This document shows positions 19,498-29,272 of a stretch of DNA of 64,000 nucleotides, piece after piece. Location: assembly GCA_023389095.1 (NCBI GenBank), contig JAEWFB010000486.1:312-64311 (forward strand), given 5' to 3'. The position numbers were made by a program, and so were the translations under genes. Source of the DNA: Actinomycetes bacterium (GTDB taxonomy: Bacteria > Actinomycetota > Actinomycetes > Actinomycetales > Dermatophilaceae). The notes under the pieces are model-generated. The model saw only the letters and a program-made list of their open reading frames with translations, was not told the origin of the DNA and ran no database searches. The stretch's first letter is position 1, and the number at the start of each line of letters is the position of its first letter.

Positions 19498-21242
19498 GCC
19501 ATCCCGACCCCGCGCCGCGCTACGTCGTCGGCGTCGACTTCGGCACGCTGTCCGGCCGGGCGCTCGTCGTCCGCGTCGACGACGGCACCGAGCTCGGCTC
19601 GGCCGTCCACGAGTACGCCCACGCGGTCGTCACCGACCGCCTCCCGGTCGGCGACGTGACGCTGCCTCCGGAGTGGGCCCTGCAGGTGCCGGACGACTAC
19701 CGCGACGTGCTGCGGCAGGCGGTGCCGGCCGCAGTCGCCGCCGCCGGCATCGACCCCGCCGACGTGGTCGGCATCGCCACGGACTTCACCGCCTGCACGG
19801 TGCTGCCGACGACCGCCGACGGCACCCCGCTGTCCGAGCTGCCGCAGTGGGCCGACCGTCCGCACGCGTACACCAAGCTCTGGCGCCACCACGCCGCGCA
19901 GGGGCAGGCCGACCGCATCAACCGGCTCGCCGAGGCGCGCGGGGAGGGGTGGCTGCCGCGCTACGGCGGGCTCATCAGCTCGGAGTGGGAGTTCGCCAAG
20001 GCGCTGCAGGTGCTCGAGGAGGACCCCGAGGTGTACGCCGCCACCGAGCGGTGGGTCGAGGCCGCCGACTGGATCGTGTGGCAGCTGTGCGGCCGCTACG
20101 TCCGCAACGCGTGCACGGCCGGCTACAAGGGCATCCGTCAGGACGGCGCGTACCCGTCCGCTGACTTCTGCGGCGCGCTCAACGCCGACTTCCGCACCTT
20201 CGTGGCCGACAAGCTCGACCAGCCCATCGGCGAGCTCGGTTCCCGCGCGGGCGGACTCACGGCCGAGGCCGCCGCCTGGACGGGCCTCACCGAGGGCATA
20301 GCCGTCGCGGTCGGCAACGTCGACGCGCACGTCACCGCGCCCGCCGCCCGGGCCACGGGCCCGGGCCAGATGGTCGCGATCATGGGCACGTCGACGTGCC
20401 ACGTCATGAGCGGCGACGTGCTGCGCGAGGTGCCCGGCATGTGCGGTGTCGTCGACGGCGGCATCGTCGAGGGGCTCTACGGCTACGAGGCCGGCCAGTC
20501 CGGGGTCGGCGACATCTTCGGCTGGTTCACGCGGACCGGTGTGCCTGCCGACTACGCGGCGGCGGCGGCAGAGGCCGGCGAGTCGGTGCACGAGCACCTG
20601 ACGCGGCTGGCGGCGCGGCAGGCGGTGGGGGAGCACGGGCTCGTGGCCCTCGACTGGCACAGCGGCAACCGCTCGGTGCTCGTCGACCACGAGCTGTCGG
20701 GTGTCGTCGTCGGCCAGACCCTCGCCACGCGGCCGGAGGACGTGTACCGCGCCCTGCTCGAGGCGACGGCCTTCGGCACCCGGGTCATCCTCGAGGCCTT
20801 CCGCGACAGCGGTGTGCCGGTCTCCGAGCTCGTCATCGCCGGCGGGCTCGCGCAGAACCCGCTGCTCATGCAGGTCTACGCCGACGTGACGCGGCTGCCG
20901 CTGTCGGTGATCGGCTCCGAGCAGGGCCCGGCGCTGGGCTCGGCGATCCACGCGGCCGTCGCCGCCGGCGTCCACCCCGACGTGCCGGCCGCCGCCGAGG
21001 CCATGGGCCGGGTGCGCCGTGCCGTCGTGGTCCCGGACGACGTCGACGCCACGGTCTACGACGAGCTCTACGCCGAGTACCTGGCGTTGCACGACCACTT
21101 CGGTCGGGGTGGCAACGACGTCATGAAGCGCCTGAAAGCCTTGCGGCGCAAGGCGGTCGAGTCGCGAACCGCCGCTCCGGACACCTCCGCAGCGGCCTCC
21201 ACCTCCGCGCAGGAGGTCAGCGCAGGAGGTGAGGCCGCATGA
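19494..21242 (+). CDS. araB: L-ribulokinase
   Basis: GVDFGTLSGRA, DFTACT, KLWRHH, YGGLISSEW, GNVDAH, MGTSTCH and DWHSGNRS motifs. Confidence 0.93.
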   Translation: MSHPDPAPRYVVGVDFGTLSGRALVVRVDDGTELGSAVHEYAHAVVTDRLPVGDVTLPPEWALQVPDDYRDVLRQAVPAAVAAAGIDPADVVGIATDFTACTVLPTTADGTPLSELPQWADRPHAYTKLWRHHAAQGQADRINRLAEARGEGWLPRYGGLISSEWEFAKALQVLEEDPEVYAATERWVEAADWIVWQLCGRYVRNACTAGYKGIRQDGAYPSADFCGALNADFRTFVADKLDQPIGELGSRAGGLTAEAAAWTGLTEGIAVAVGNVDAHVTAPAARATGPGQMVAIMGTSTCHVMSGDVLREVPGMCGVVDGGIVEGLYGYEAGQSGVGDIFGWFTRTGVPADYAAAAAEAGESVHEHLTRLAARQAVGEHGLVALDWHSGNRSVLVDHELSGVVVGQTLATRPEDVYRALLEATAFGTRVILEAFRDSGVPVSELVIAGGLAQNPLLMQVYADVTRLPLSVIGSEQGPALGSAIHAAVAAGVHPDVPAAAEAMGRVRRAVVVPDDVDATVYDELYAEYLALHDHFGRGGNDVMKRLKALRRKAVESRTAAPDTSAAASTSAQEVSAGGEAA

Positions 21243-21916
21243 GCGTGGCCACCGATGTTAACGCTACCATCGCAGCCCTGCGGGCCGAGGTGTGCGCGCT
21301 GCACGCCGAGCTGACCCGCTACCAGCTCGTCATCTGGACCGCCGGCAACGTGTCGGCACGGGTGCCCGGACGGGACCTCATGGTCATCAAGCCGAGCGGC
21401 GTGTCCTACGACGACCTGACGCCCGCGAACATGGTCGTCTGCGACCTGCACGGGCGCGTCGTCGAGGGCGAGCTCGCGCCCTCCTCGGACACCGACGCCC
21501 AGGCGTACGTGTACCGGCAGCTCCCGCACGTCGGCGGCGTCGTGCACACCCACTCGACGTACGCGACGGCGTGGGCCTCACGGGGCGAACCGATCCCGTG
21601 CGCGCTCACGATGATGGCCGACGAGTTCGGTGGCGAGATCCCGGTCGGGCCGTTCGCCCTGATCGGCGACGACTCCATCGGCCGCGGCATCGTCGACACG
21701 TTGACGCAGAGCCGTTCCGCCGCCGTCCTCATGCGCAACCACGGGGTCTTCACCATCGGCAAGGACGCCCGCTCGGCCGTCAAGGCCGCCGTCATGTGCG
21801 AGGACGTCGCACGCACCGTCCACATCGCCCGGCAGTTGGGCGAGCCGATCGCCATCGACCCCGCCCACGTCGACTCGCTCTTCGACCGCTACCAGAACGT
21901 GTACGGCCAGCGCTGA
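21239..21916 (+). CDS. araD: L-ribulose-5-phosphate 4-epimerase
   Basis: WTAGNVS, IKPSG, PSSDT, HTHS and NHG class II aldolase/epimerase motifs. Confidence 0.93.
   Translation: MSVATDVNATIAALRAEVCALHAELTRYQLVIWTAGNVSARVPGRDLMVIKPSGVSYDDLTPANMVVCDLHGRVVEGELAPSSDTDAQAYVYRQLPHVGGVVHTHSTYATAWASRGEPIPCALTMMADEFGGEIPVGPFALIGDDSIGRGIVDTLTQSRSAAVLMRNHGVFTIGKDARSAVKAAVMCEDVARTVHIARQLGEPIAIDPAHVDSLFDRYQNVYGQR
21256..21269. promoter_or_regulatory. Intragenic LacI-type operator-like site TGTTAACGCTACCA in the 5' end of araD
   Basis: Close match to the three intergenic operators. Uses T-ending codons (GAT GTT AAC GCT) that are unusual in this GC-rich gene. Confidence 0.5.
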
Positions 21917-21941
21917 GCGCCGGTCCAGAAGGAGATCCACC

Positions 21942-23468
21942 ATGAGCACCGCCTCCGACCCGCGCCACTCCGCCGCCTCGCGCGAGGTGTGGTTCCTCAC
22001 CGGCAGCCAGGGACTCTACGGCGAGGAGACGCTGCGCCAGGTGGCCGACCAGTCGCAGACCATCGCCAAGGAGGTCGACGCCGGCGGGCAGCTGCCGGTC
22101 CGCGTCGTGTGGAAGCCGATCCTCACCGACGCCCAGGCCATCCACGCCGCGATGCTCGAGGCCAACGCCGCGCCCGAGTGCGTCGGTGTCATCACGTGGA
22201 TGCACACCTTCTCGCCGGCCAAGATGTGGATCACCGGCCTCGACGCGCTGCGCAAGCCGATGCTGCACCTGCACACCCAGGCCGGCATGGAGCTGCCGTG
22301 GTCGACGATCGACATGGACTTCATGAACCTCAACCAGGCCGCGCACGGCGACCGCGAGTTCGGTTTCGTCGCAGCACGGCTCGGCGTCGCGCGCAAGATC
22401 GTGGCCGGGCACGTCGGCAACCCCGCCGTCCTGGACCGCGTCGCCGCCTGGGCCCGCGCCGCCGTCGGAGTGGCCGAGCTGCGGTCGCTGCGGCTCGCGC
22501 GCTTCGGCGACAACATGCGCGACGTCGCGGTCACCGAGGGTGACAAGGTCGAGGCGCAGCTGCGGTTCGGCGTGTCGGTCAACACGTACGGCGTCAACGA
22601 CCTCGTCGAGGTGGTGGACGCCGTCCCGGACGCCGAGGTCGACACGCTCGTCGCCGAGTACGAGCAGGCGTACGCGGTGGCGCCGGAGCTGCGTCGCGGC
22701 GGGGACCGTCACGACAGCCTCCGGTACGGAGCCCGCATCGAGGCCGGCCTGCGGACCTTCCTGTCCGACGGTGGGTTCGGCGCCTTCACGACGAACTTCG
22801 AGGACCTCGGCGGCCTGCGACAGCTGCCCGGGCTCGCCGTCCAGCGACTCATGGCCGACGGCTACGGTTTCGGCGGCGAGGGGGACTGGAAGACCTCGGT
22901 GCTGCTGCGCACGACCAAGGCCATGGCGCAGGGCCGCCCGGGGGGCACCAGCTTCATGGAGGACTACACCTACCACCTCGTCCCGGGCCAGGAGAAGATC
23001 CTCGGCGCGCACATGCTCGAGGTGTGCCCGAGCATCGCGGACCGGCAGCCCTCCCTCGAGATCCACCCGCTCGGCATCGGTGGCCGCGAGGACCCGGTGC
23101 GACTGCGCTTCACCGCGGCCCCAGGGGCCGGCGTCGTCGTCGGCATGAGTGACCTCGGCGACCGGTTCCGTTTGACCCTCAACGAGATCGACGTCGTCGA
23201 GCCGGATGCCGACCTGCCGCGCCTGCCCGTGGCGTGTGCCGTGTGGGAGCCGCGTCCGAGCCTGTCCACCTCGGCGGAGTCGTGGCTGCTCGCCGGTGGT
23301 CCGCACCACACGGTGCTCTCCACGGCCGTCGGCACGCCGGAGTTCCGCGACCTCGCCGAGATGGTCGGTACCGAGCTCGTCGTGATCGACAGGTCCTCGA
23401 CCCCGGAGTCCGTGCGGGACACCCTGCGCTGGAGCGCCGCCTACCACCGCCTCGCCGCCCGGCTCTGA
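21942..23468 (+). CDS. araA: L-arabinose isomerase
   Basis: [49 protein letters not shown] and GGPHHT motifs. Confidence 0.95.
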   Translation: MSTASDPRHSAASREVWFLTGSQGLYGEETLRQVADQSQTIAKEVDAGGQLPVRVVWKPILTDAQAIHAAMLEANAAPECVGVITWMHTFSPAKMWITGLDALRKPMLHLHTQAGMELPWSTIDMDFMNLNQAAHGDREFGFVAARLGVARKIVAGHVGNPAVLDRVAAWARAAVGVAELRSLRLARFGDNMRDVAVTEGDKVEAQLRFGVSVNTYGVNDLVEVVDAVPDAEVDTLVAEYEQAYAVAPELRRGGDRHDSLRYGARIEAGLRTFLSDGGFGAFTTNFEDLGGLRQLPGLAVQRLMADGYGFGGEGDWKTSVLLRTTKAMAQGRPGGTSFMEDYTYHLVPGQEKILGAHMLEVCPSIADRQPSLEIHPLGIGGREDPVRLRFTAAPGAGVVVGMSDLGDRFRLTLNEIDVVEPDADLPRLPVACAVWEPRPSLSTSAESWLLAGGPHHTVLSTAVGTPEFRDLAEMVGTELVVIDRSSTPESVRDTLRWSAAYHRLAARL

Positions 23469-23548
23469 CCCGGCGCGACAACAACACCCGGACACAGCAC
23501 CCTCCGCTCGCGGCTACCCGCCGCGTGCCTGACAAGGAAGTCACCGGC

Positions 23549-26500
23549 ATGTCCGACACGATGCTGCGCGGGTTCTCCCGCCGGCCGTTCGCGGTCCTCG
23601 CGACCCTGTCCCTCACCCTCTGCGTGGCCCTGTCGACGGTCGTCGCCGCGGCCGCTCCGGCACGTGCCACCACTCTCGACGACGGGCTCGTCGTGCGGTA
23701 CGCGCTCGACCAGCCCTCCGGCACGAGCGTGCCCGACGCGTCCGGGCACGGGCGCGACGCCACGGTCAGCGGCGACACGAGCTGGCTCGGCACCGAGGGC
23801 CTCGGCCTCGGTGGCACGAACGGCCACCTGCGCCTGCCGAACGACCTCATGCGCGGCCTGTCGGCCATCACCGTGTCGACCCAGGTGTGGGTCGATCCGG
23901 CCCAGGCCACGCCGTACTTCGTCTGGGGCCTCGGCAACACGGCGAGCGGGGCCGGCAACGGCTACCTCTTCACCACCGGCAACGCCTACCGCGCCTCGAT
24001 CGCGAGCGGCAACTGGTCGACCGAACAGACGGTCACCTCCGGCCGCAACGTCGACCGCGGCCAGTGGCGCACCCTGACCTACACCCTGGAGGGCGGCACC
24101 GCGGTGCTCTACGAGGACGGGGTCGTGGTCGGTCGCAAGGCCGGTGTCACCCTGACGCCCGGCTCCATCGGCGGCGGGGCGACCACCGCGAACTACCTCG
24201 GCCGTTCCGTCTACACCGGCGACAAGTACCTCAAGGGCAAGGTGCGCGACTTCCGGGTCTACGACCGCGCCGTCACCGCCGACGAGGCCGCCCGGCTCGG
24301 CGCGCAGACGGCGTCGCTGCGCGTGGCCTCCGACGCGGCGGCGCTCGACCTCGGCGACACGTCGGCCGTCACCGGCGACCTGCCGCTCTCGACGAAGGGC
24401 GCAGGCGGCTCGACCGTCACGTGGACGTCCAGCGACCCGTCGGTCGTCGCGACCGACGGCACCGTGACGCGTCCGGCCCCCGGTTCGGGCAACGCGACCG
24501 TCACGCTGACTGCGGCGGTGTCCTACGCCGCGTCGAGCGCGTCGAAGACCTTCACCGTCACCGTGCTGCAGGACGTCACGGCCGAGCAGAAGGTCGCCGA
24601 CGCCCTTGCCGCAGTGAGCATCCCCGACGCCGGGGCGGTGCGCGGAAACGTCACCCTCCCGACGAAGGCGGCGCGCGGCCTCACGCTGACGTGGACGACG
24701 AAGGACCCGGGCGTCGTCACCGCGACCGGCGAGGTGACGCGTCCGGCCTACGGCAGCAAGGACGCCAAGGGCCGGCTCGTCGTGCGCGCCGTCCTCGGGG
24801 ACGTGTCGGCCACCCGCAACCTCACCCTGACCGTCCTCGCGGCCCCGAAGAAGGAGCCGCTCGAGGGCTACGCCTTCGCCTACTTCACCGGTGAGGGCAG
24901 CGCCGACGGCGAGCAGATCTACATGGCCGGCAGCCGCGGCAACGACCCGCTGCACTGGGACGAGCTGAACGGTGGGCGCCCGGTCCTCACCTCGACCGAG
25001 GGGGAGGAGGGCGTGCGCGACCCGTTCGTCATCCGCAGCCCCGAGGGTGACCGGTTCTTCCTCATCGCCACCGACCTCAAGATCTACGGCAACGGCGACT
25101 GGGACCGCAGCCAGCGCACGGGCAGCCGGTACATCGAGGTGTGGGAGTCGACCGACCTCGTCAACTGGGGGCAGCAGCGCCACGTGCTCGTGTCGCCGAA
25201 GGAGGCCGGCAACACGTGGGCCCCCGAGGCGTACTACGACGACACCATCGGCGCCTACGTCGTGTTCTGGGCCTCCAAGCTGTACGCCGCCGACGACCCG
25301 CAGCACACCGGAAGCACCTACAACAGGATGATGTACGCGACGACGCGTGACTTCCGCACCTTCAGCGCGCCGAAGGTCTGGGTCGACCCCGGCTACTCGG
25401 TCATCGACTCGACGGTCATCAAGAACGGCGACACCTACTACCGGTTCACCAAGGACGAGCGGAACAACACGTCCTCGACGCCGTGCAGCAAGTTCATCCT
25501 CGAGCAGAAGTCGACCTCGCTGCTCTCGACCGACTGGGGCTTCGTCAAGGACTGCATCGGCAAGGCGACCTCGACGAGCGCCGGCATCAACCAGGGCGAG
25601 GGCCCGACGGTGTTCAAGTCCAACACCGAGGACAAGTGGTACGTCTTCATCGACGAGTTCGGCGGCCGCGGCTACGTGCCGTTCGAGACGACGGATCTCG
25701 AGTCGGGCCAGTTCACGATGTCGAAGGACTACCAGCTGCCCGGCCGTCCGCGACACGGCACGGTCCTGCCGGTGACCAAGGCCGAGCTCGACCGGCTGCG
25801 CTCGGGGCCGTCGCCGGCCGCGTCGACGAAGAAGGGTGTCGTCGCCGACTACCGCTTCGGCACGACCGCCGGCGGGAGCGCGACGAGCATCCCGGACGCG
25901 TCGGGCAACCAACGCGCCGCGACGCTCAGGGGGGACGCGACGCGCACCGGCGACGCCGTCGAGCTCGGTGGCACGAACGGCTACGTCGACCTGCCGGACA
26001 ACCTGCTCGCCGGCCTCGACGCGGTCACCGTGTCGACGCAGGTGTGGATCGACCCGAACCAGCCGACGCCGTACTTCCTCTGGGGGCTCGGCAACACCCT
26101 GAACGGGTCCGGCAACGGCTATCTCTTCGCGACGGGCAACGCCTACCGCACCGCCATCGCCAAGGGTGACTACTCGACGGAGCAGAACACCGCGTCCGGT
26201 CGTGACGTGCCGCGCGGGTCGTGGCACACGCTGACGTACACCCTCGCCGGCGGGACGGCCGTGCTCTACCTCGACGGCGCGGAGGTGGCCCGCACCACCG
26301 GCGTCACCGTGACGCCGGGGCAGCTCGGCGACGGGGTCACGACGGCGAGCTTCGTGGGCCGGTCGCTCTACTCGGGCGACCGCTACCTCAAGGGCAAGGT
26401 CCGCTCGTTCACGCTCTGGAACCGCGGGCTGTCGGCCAAGGAGGTGCTGGCGCTGCCCGGCAACGAGACCGTCATCGGTTCGGTGACGCTCGACGCGCTC

Positions 26501-27589
26501 AAGGTGCCGGCGATCATCGACGCCACGGCCGCCACCGTCACGCTGCCCGTGAAGCCGGGCACCGACGTCACGCACCTCGCGCCGACGCTCGGCCTGCCGG
26601 GCGACGCGCGGGTGTCGCCGGGCAACGGCTCGACGCAGGACTTCTCGGCGCCGGTGACCTACACCGTGACGGGCGCCGACGGGTCGACGCGGACGTGGAG
26701 CGTCAAGGCGGTCGTCATGAACAGCCCGGTGCTGCCCGGGTACAACGCCGACCCCAACATCGTCCGGTTCGGCGACACCTACTGGATCTACGCGACGACC
26801 GACGGCTTCGACGGCTGGTCGAGCACGACGTTCAAGACGTGGTCGAGCACCGACCTCGTGCACTGGACCGAGCACCCGGTCATCCTCGACCTCGGCCCCG
26901 ACGTCACGTGGGCCGACGGCCGCGCCTGGGCTCCGGCGGCCATCGAGAAGAACGGGAAGTACTACCTGTACTTCTGCGCCGACGCGAAGATCGGGGTGGC
27001 CGTGGCGGACTCGCCGGCGGGGCCGTTCAAGGACGCCATCGGCAAGCCGCTCGTCGCCTCGAACCCCAACGGTGGGCAGGCGATCGACCCGGCGGTCTTC
27101 ACCGACGACGACGGCCAGAGCTACCTCTACTGGGGCAACGGCAACGCGTACGTCGTGCCGTTGAACGCCGACATGACGTCCTACGACCCGGCGAAGATCG
27201 TGCGGCTCTCCGGCCTCACGGACTTCCGCGAGGGCCTGTTCCTGCACAAGCGGAACGGCACCTACTACCTGTCGTGGTCGATCGACGACACGAGGAGCGA
27301 GAACTACCGGGTCGGCTACGCGACGATGACCTCGCCGCTCGGCGCCGGTCTCGTCAACCACGGCGTCATCCTGTCGAAGGACCCGTCGCTCGGGATCCTC
27401 GGCACCGGGCACCACTCCGTGGTGCAGGTGCCGGGCACCGACGACTGGTACATCGTGTACCACCGCTTCGCCATCCCCGGCGGAGACGGCACCCACCGCG
27501 AGGTGACCATCGACCGGCTGCGCTACAACCCCGACGGCACCATCGCCCCGGTCGTGCCGACGCTCGAGAGCGTCCCACCGCTGCGCTGA
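23549..27589 (+). CDS. Secreted multidomain glycosidase: LamG - 2x Ig-like - GH43 - LamG - Ig-like - GH43
   Basis: Signal peptide. Two homologous LamG-like modules (LGGTNG.....P..L..GL..VTVSTQVW.DP.Q.TPYF.WGLGN). GH43 no.1: RDPF/WAPE/IDST/EGP. GH43 no.2: ADP/WAP/IDP/REG/GHHS. Confidence 0.9.
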   Translation: MSDTMLRGFSRRPFAVLATLSLTLCVALSTVVAAAAPARATTLDDGLVVRYALDQPSGTSVPDASGHGRDATVSGDTSWLGTEGLGLGGTNGHLRLPNDLMRGLSAITVSTQVWVDPAQATPYFVWGLGNTASGAGNGYLFTTGNAYRASIASGNWSTEQTVTSGRNVDRGQWRTLTYTLEGGTAVLYEDGVVVGRKAGVTLTPGSIGGGATTANYLGRSVYTGDKYLKGKVRDFRVYDRAVTADEAARLGAQTASLRVASDAAALDLGDTSAVTGDLPLSTKGAGGSTVTWTSSDPSVVATDGTVTRPAPGSGNATVTLTAAVSYAASSASKTFTVTVLQDVTAEQKVADALAAVSIPDAGAVRGNVTLPTKAARGLTLTWTTKDPGVVTATGEVTRPAYGSKDAKGRLVVRAVLGDVSATRNLTLTVLAAPKKEPLEGYAFAYFTGEGSADGEQIYMAGSRGNDPLHWDELNGGRPVLTSTEGEEGVRDPFVIRSPEGDRFFLIATDLKIYGNGDWDRSQRTGSRYIEVWESTDLVNWGQQRHVLVSPKEAGNTWAPEAYYDDTIGAYVVFWASKLYAADDPQHTGSTYNRMMYATTRDFRTFSAPKVWVDPGYSVIDSTVIKNGDTYYRFTKDERNNTSSTPCSKFILEQKSTSLLSTDWGFVKDCIGKATSTSAGINQGEGPTVFKSNTEDKWYVFIDEFGGRGYVPFETTDLESGQFTMSKDYQLPGRPRHGTVLPVTKAELDRLRSGPSPAASTKKGVVADYRFGTTAGGSATSIPDASGNQRAATLRGDATRTGDAVELGGTNGYVDLPDNLLAGLDAVTVSTQVWIDPNQPTPYFLWGLGNTLNGSGNGYLFATGNAYRTAIAKGDYSTEQNTASGRDVPRGSWHTLTYTLAGGTAVLYLDGAEVARTTGVTVTPGQLGDGVTTASFVGRSLYSGDRYLKGKVRSFTLWNRGLSAKEVLALPGNETVIGSVTLDALKVPAIIDATAATVTLPVKPGTDVTHLAPTLGLPGDARVSPGNGSTQDFSAPVTYTVTGADGSTRTWSVKAVVMNSPVLPGYNADPNIVRFGDTYWIYATTDGFDGWSSTTFKTWSSTDLVHWTEHPVILDLGPDVTWADGRAWAPAAIEKNGKYYLYFCADAKIGVAVADSPAGPFKDAIGKPLVASNPNGGQAIDPAVFTDDDGQSYLYWGNGNAYVVPLNADMTSYDPAKIVRLSGLTDFREGLFLHKRNGTYYLSWSIDDTRSENYRVGYATMTSPLGAGLVNHGVILSKDPSLGILGTGHHSVVQVPGTDDWYIVYHRFAIPGGDGTHREVTIDRLRYNPDGTIAPVVPTLESVPPLR

Positions 27590-27597
27590 CCCGGTCG

Positions 27598-27639
27598 CCG
27601 AGGGGCCTGACCCGCGACGGCGCGGATCAGGCCCCTCGG
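27598..27639. terminator. Long hairpin between convergent GH43 and folE genes (bidirectional terminator)
   Basis: CCGAGGGGCCTGA...TCAGGCCCCTCGG with inner CCGCG/CGCGG stem. Confidence 0.75.
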
Positions 27640-27653
27640 GACGACGGTCGTGC

Positions 27654-28346
27654 CTACCCCGACGACCGGGTGAGCGCGAGGAACTCGGCCCGCGAGCGTG
27701 GGTCCTCCCGCAGGACCCCGAGCAGGCTCGAGGTGATGGTCGTCGTGCCCGGTGCCTGGACGCCGCGGAGGGTCATGCACAGGTGCTCGGCCTCGATGAC
27801 GACGCCGACGCCGACGGGTGAGAGCTGCGCGGCCAGCCAGCCGGCGACCTGGGTGGTGAGCCGTTCCTGGACCTGGGGTCGGCAGGCGAAGTGCTCGAGC
27901 ACCCTGGCGAGCTTGGACAGGCCCAGGATGCGGTCGCCCGGGAGGTAGCCGATGTGTGCCACCCCGACGAACGGCAGCATGTGGTGCTCGCACAGGGAGC
28001 GCAGCGGGATGCCGCGGGCGAGGATGAGCTCGTCGTAGCCGCCGTCGTTGGGAAAGCTCGTGAGCTGGAACGGGCGCGGGCTCGTCAGCTCGGCGAGTGC
28101 GGCGGCCATGCGCTCCGGCGTGCGGCGCAGTGACTCGCCCGTGAGGTCGATGCCCAGCCCCTGCAACAGCATGCGGGCTCCGGCTGCTGCACGGTCGAGG
28201 TCGGGCTGGCTGACGGCACCGGTTCCCGCCCAGGTCCGGGGCCGGTGCGCCGTCGGCCGCGCACCGCTTCGTTCGCGCGAGGCGTCCACCGGATCGGTTC
28301 CGTGCTCGGGTGGGCGGACCGGCCGGGGCGGGGTCGGGTTGGTCAC
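27654..28346 (-). CDS. folE: GTP cyclohydrolase I
   Basis: TPER, SLCEHHMLPF, GLSKLAR, RPQVQERLT and AEHLCMTLRG motifs. Start codon uncertain. Confidence 0.92.
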   Translation of the reverse strand: MTNPTPPRPVRPPEHGTDPVDASRERSGARPTAHRPRTWAGTGAVSQPDLDRAAAGARMLLQGLGIDLTGESLRRTPERMAAALAELTSPRPFQLTSFPNDGGYDELILARGIPLRSLCEHHMLPFVGVAHIGYLPGDRILGLSKLARVLEHFACRPQVQERLTTQVAGWLAAQLSPVGVGVVIEAEHLCMTLRGVQAPGTTTITSSLLGVLREDPRSRAEFLALTRSSG

Positions 28347-28349
28347 GGG

Positions 28350-28811
28350 TCAGCCCCGGCGGATCGGCCAGAGCGTCGGCCGCGGGTCGAAACGCGTGGC
28401 GAGCCGCTGCAGCGCCACCGCCGCGAGCAACAGGCCGAGATCGCGCAGGGCCACGTCGTAGAACCCCGGAATGAGCAACAGGTTGACGATGATGCCGGCC
28501 AGCCAGACCGCGACGACGAGCGCCCCGAGCCGGGCGTGGAGGGCCACGACGAGGCCGGCGACGACCTCGATCACGCCCACCGCATACATCGCCTGGTGCG
28601 GGGTCACGGGCAGCGGACGCGAGAGCACGGGTGCCAGGTACTGGTCCCAGTGCACGAGGACGTTGGTGAACTTGTCGAGGCCGAACACGATCGGGGCGAC
28701 GACGAAGGCGGTGCGCAGGACGAGGTAGGCCTGGCGTACGGGGTCGCCGCCGCCTGCCGGTGCCGCGGGCTCGGTGCGGACGGCCGACGGGTGGTTGCCG
28801 ATGGTGGCCAT
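28350..28811 (-). CDS. DoxX-like membrane protein
   Basis: LRTAFVVAPIVFGLDKF...W..YL...VGVIE..AG...YDVALRDLGL. ATG at 28811 with AAGGAG RBS. Confidence 0.75.
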   Translation of the reverse strand: MATIGNHPSAVRTEPAAPAGGGDPVRQAYLVLRTAFVVAPIVFGLDKFTNVLVHWDQYLAPVLSRPLPVTPHQAMYAVGVIEVVAGLVVALHARLGALVVAVWLAGIIVNLLLIPGFYDVALRDLGLLLAAVALQRLATRFDPRPTLWPIRRG

Positions 28812-28884
28812 GGCTGCTCCTTGGGATCGACGGGGCGTCCGGGGCACGAGACCTGGTGGCCACGACGTGGGACGCTGACGGAGT

Positions 28885-28982
28885 GTTAGTGCAGCCGCCA
28901 ACGACGCGTCTTACCGTGGTCGCTCAGCGGCCCGACGCATCGGGCACGGTGGGTAAGATCTCCGGCACTCGGGACGGCAAAC
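28885..28982. promoter_or_regulatory. Pair of divergent ECF-type promoters (GGTAAGA-N16-nnnnnAAC on both strands)
   Basis: TCTTACC at 28909-28915 and GGTAAGA at 28952-28958. Each is followed 16 nt downstream by GCACTAAC or CGGCAAAC respectively. Confidence 0.55.
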
Positions 28983-28987
28983 AGGGC

Positions 28988-29272
28988 ATGATCACCCGTC
29001 CACCCCGAACCAGTCCCGGATCTGCTCGGTGCAGCCGACCGGGTCCCCCGCTCGACGTCGTGGAGTGGCGCCGGTGTCGCTTGCGCGAGGCAGGGTTCCC
29101 CTCGGTCCTCGCTGCCTCGCTCGCGCGCATGCGCGTCGACCTGCACGCCCTGCTCGAGCTCGTGGACGCGGGGTGCCCGCCGGAGCTCGCGGCGCGGATC
29201 CTGTCACCGCTCGAGGACCTGCCACCAGCGGCGAACACCCCTGTAGACGCACCCCGCCCGGGACCCCGCTGA
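28988..29272 (+). CDS. Small hypothetical protein coupled to the ECF sigma
   Basis: WRRCRLREAGF...VDLHALLELVDAGCPPELAARIL. TGATG overlap with the sigma gene. Probably leaderless. Confidence 0.65.
   Translation: MITRPPRTSPGSARCSRPGPPLDVVEWRRCRLREAGFPSVLAASLARMRVDLHALLELVDAGCPPELAARILSPLEDLPPAANTPVDAPRPGPR

Noticed and set aside
23441..27496. 1351-aa antisense ORF, plus similar long shadow ORFs (e.g. 3976-5811, 19146-21098, 49790-52786, 53989-56109)
   Set aside because: These are codon-aligned mirrors of real high-GC3 genes, where stop codons are rare on the opposite strand. They show no recognisable motifs.
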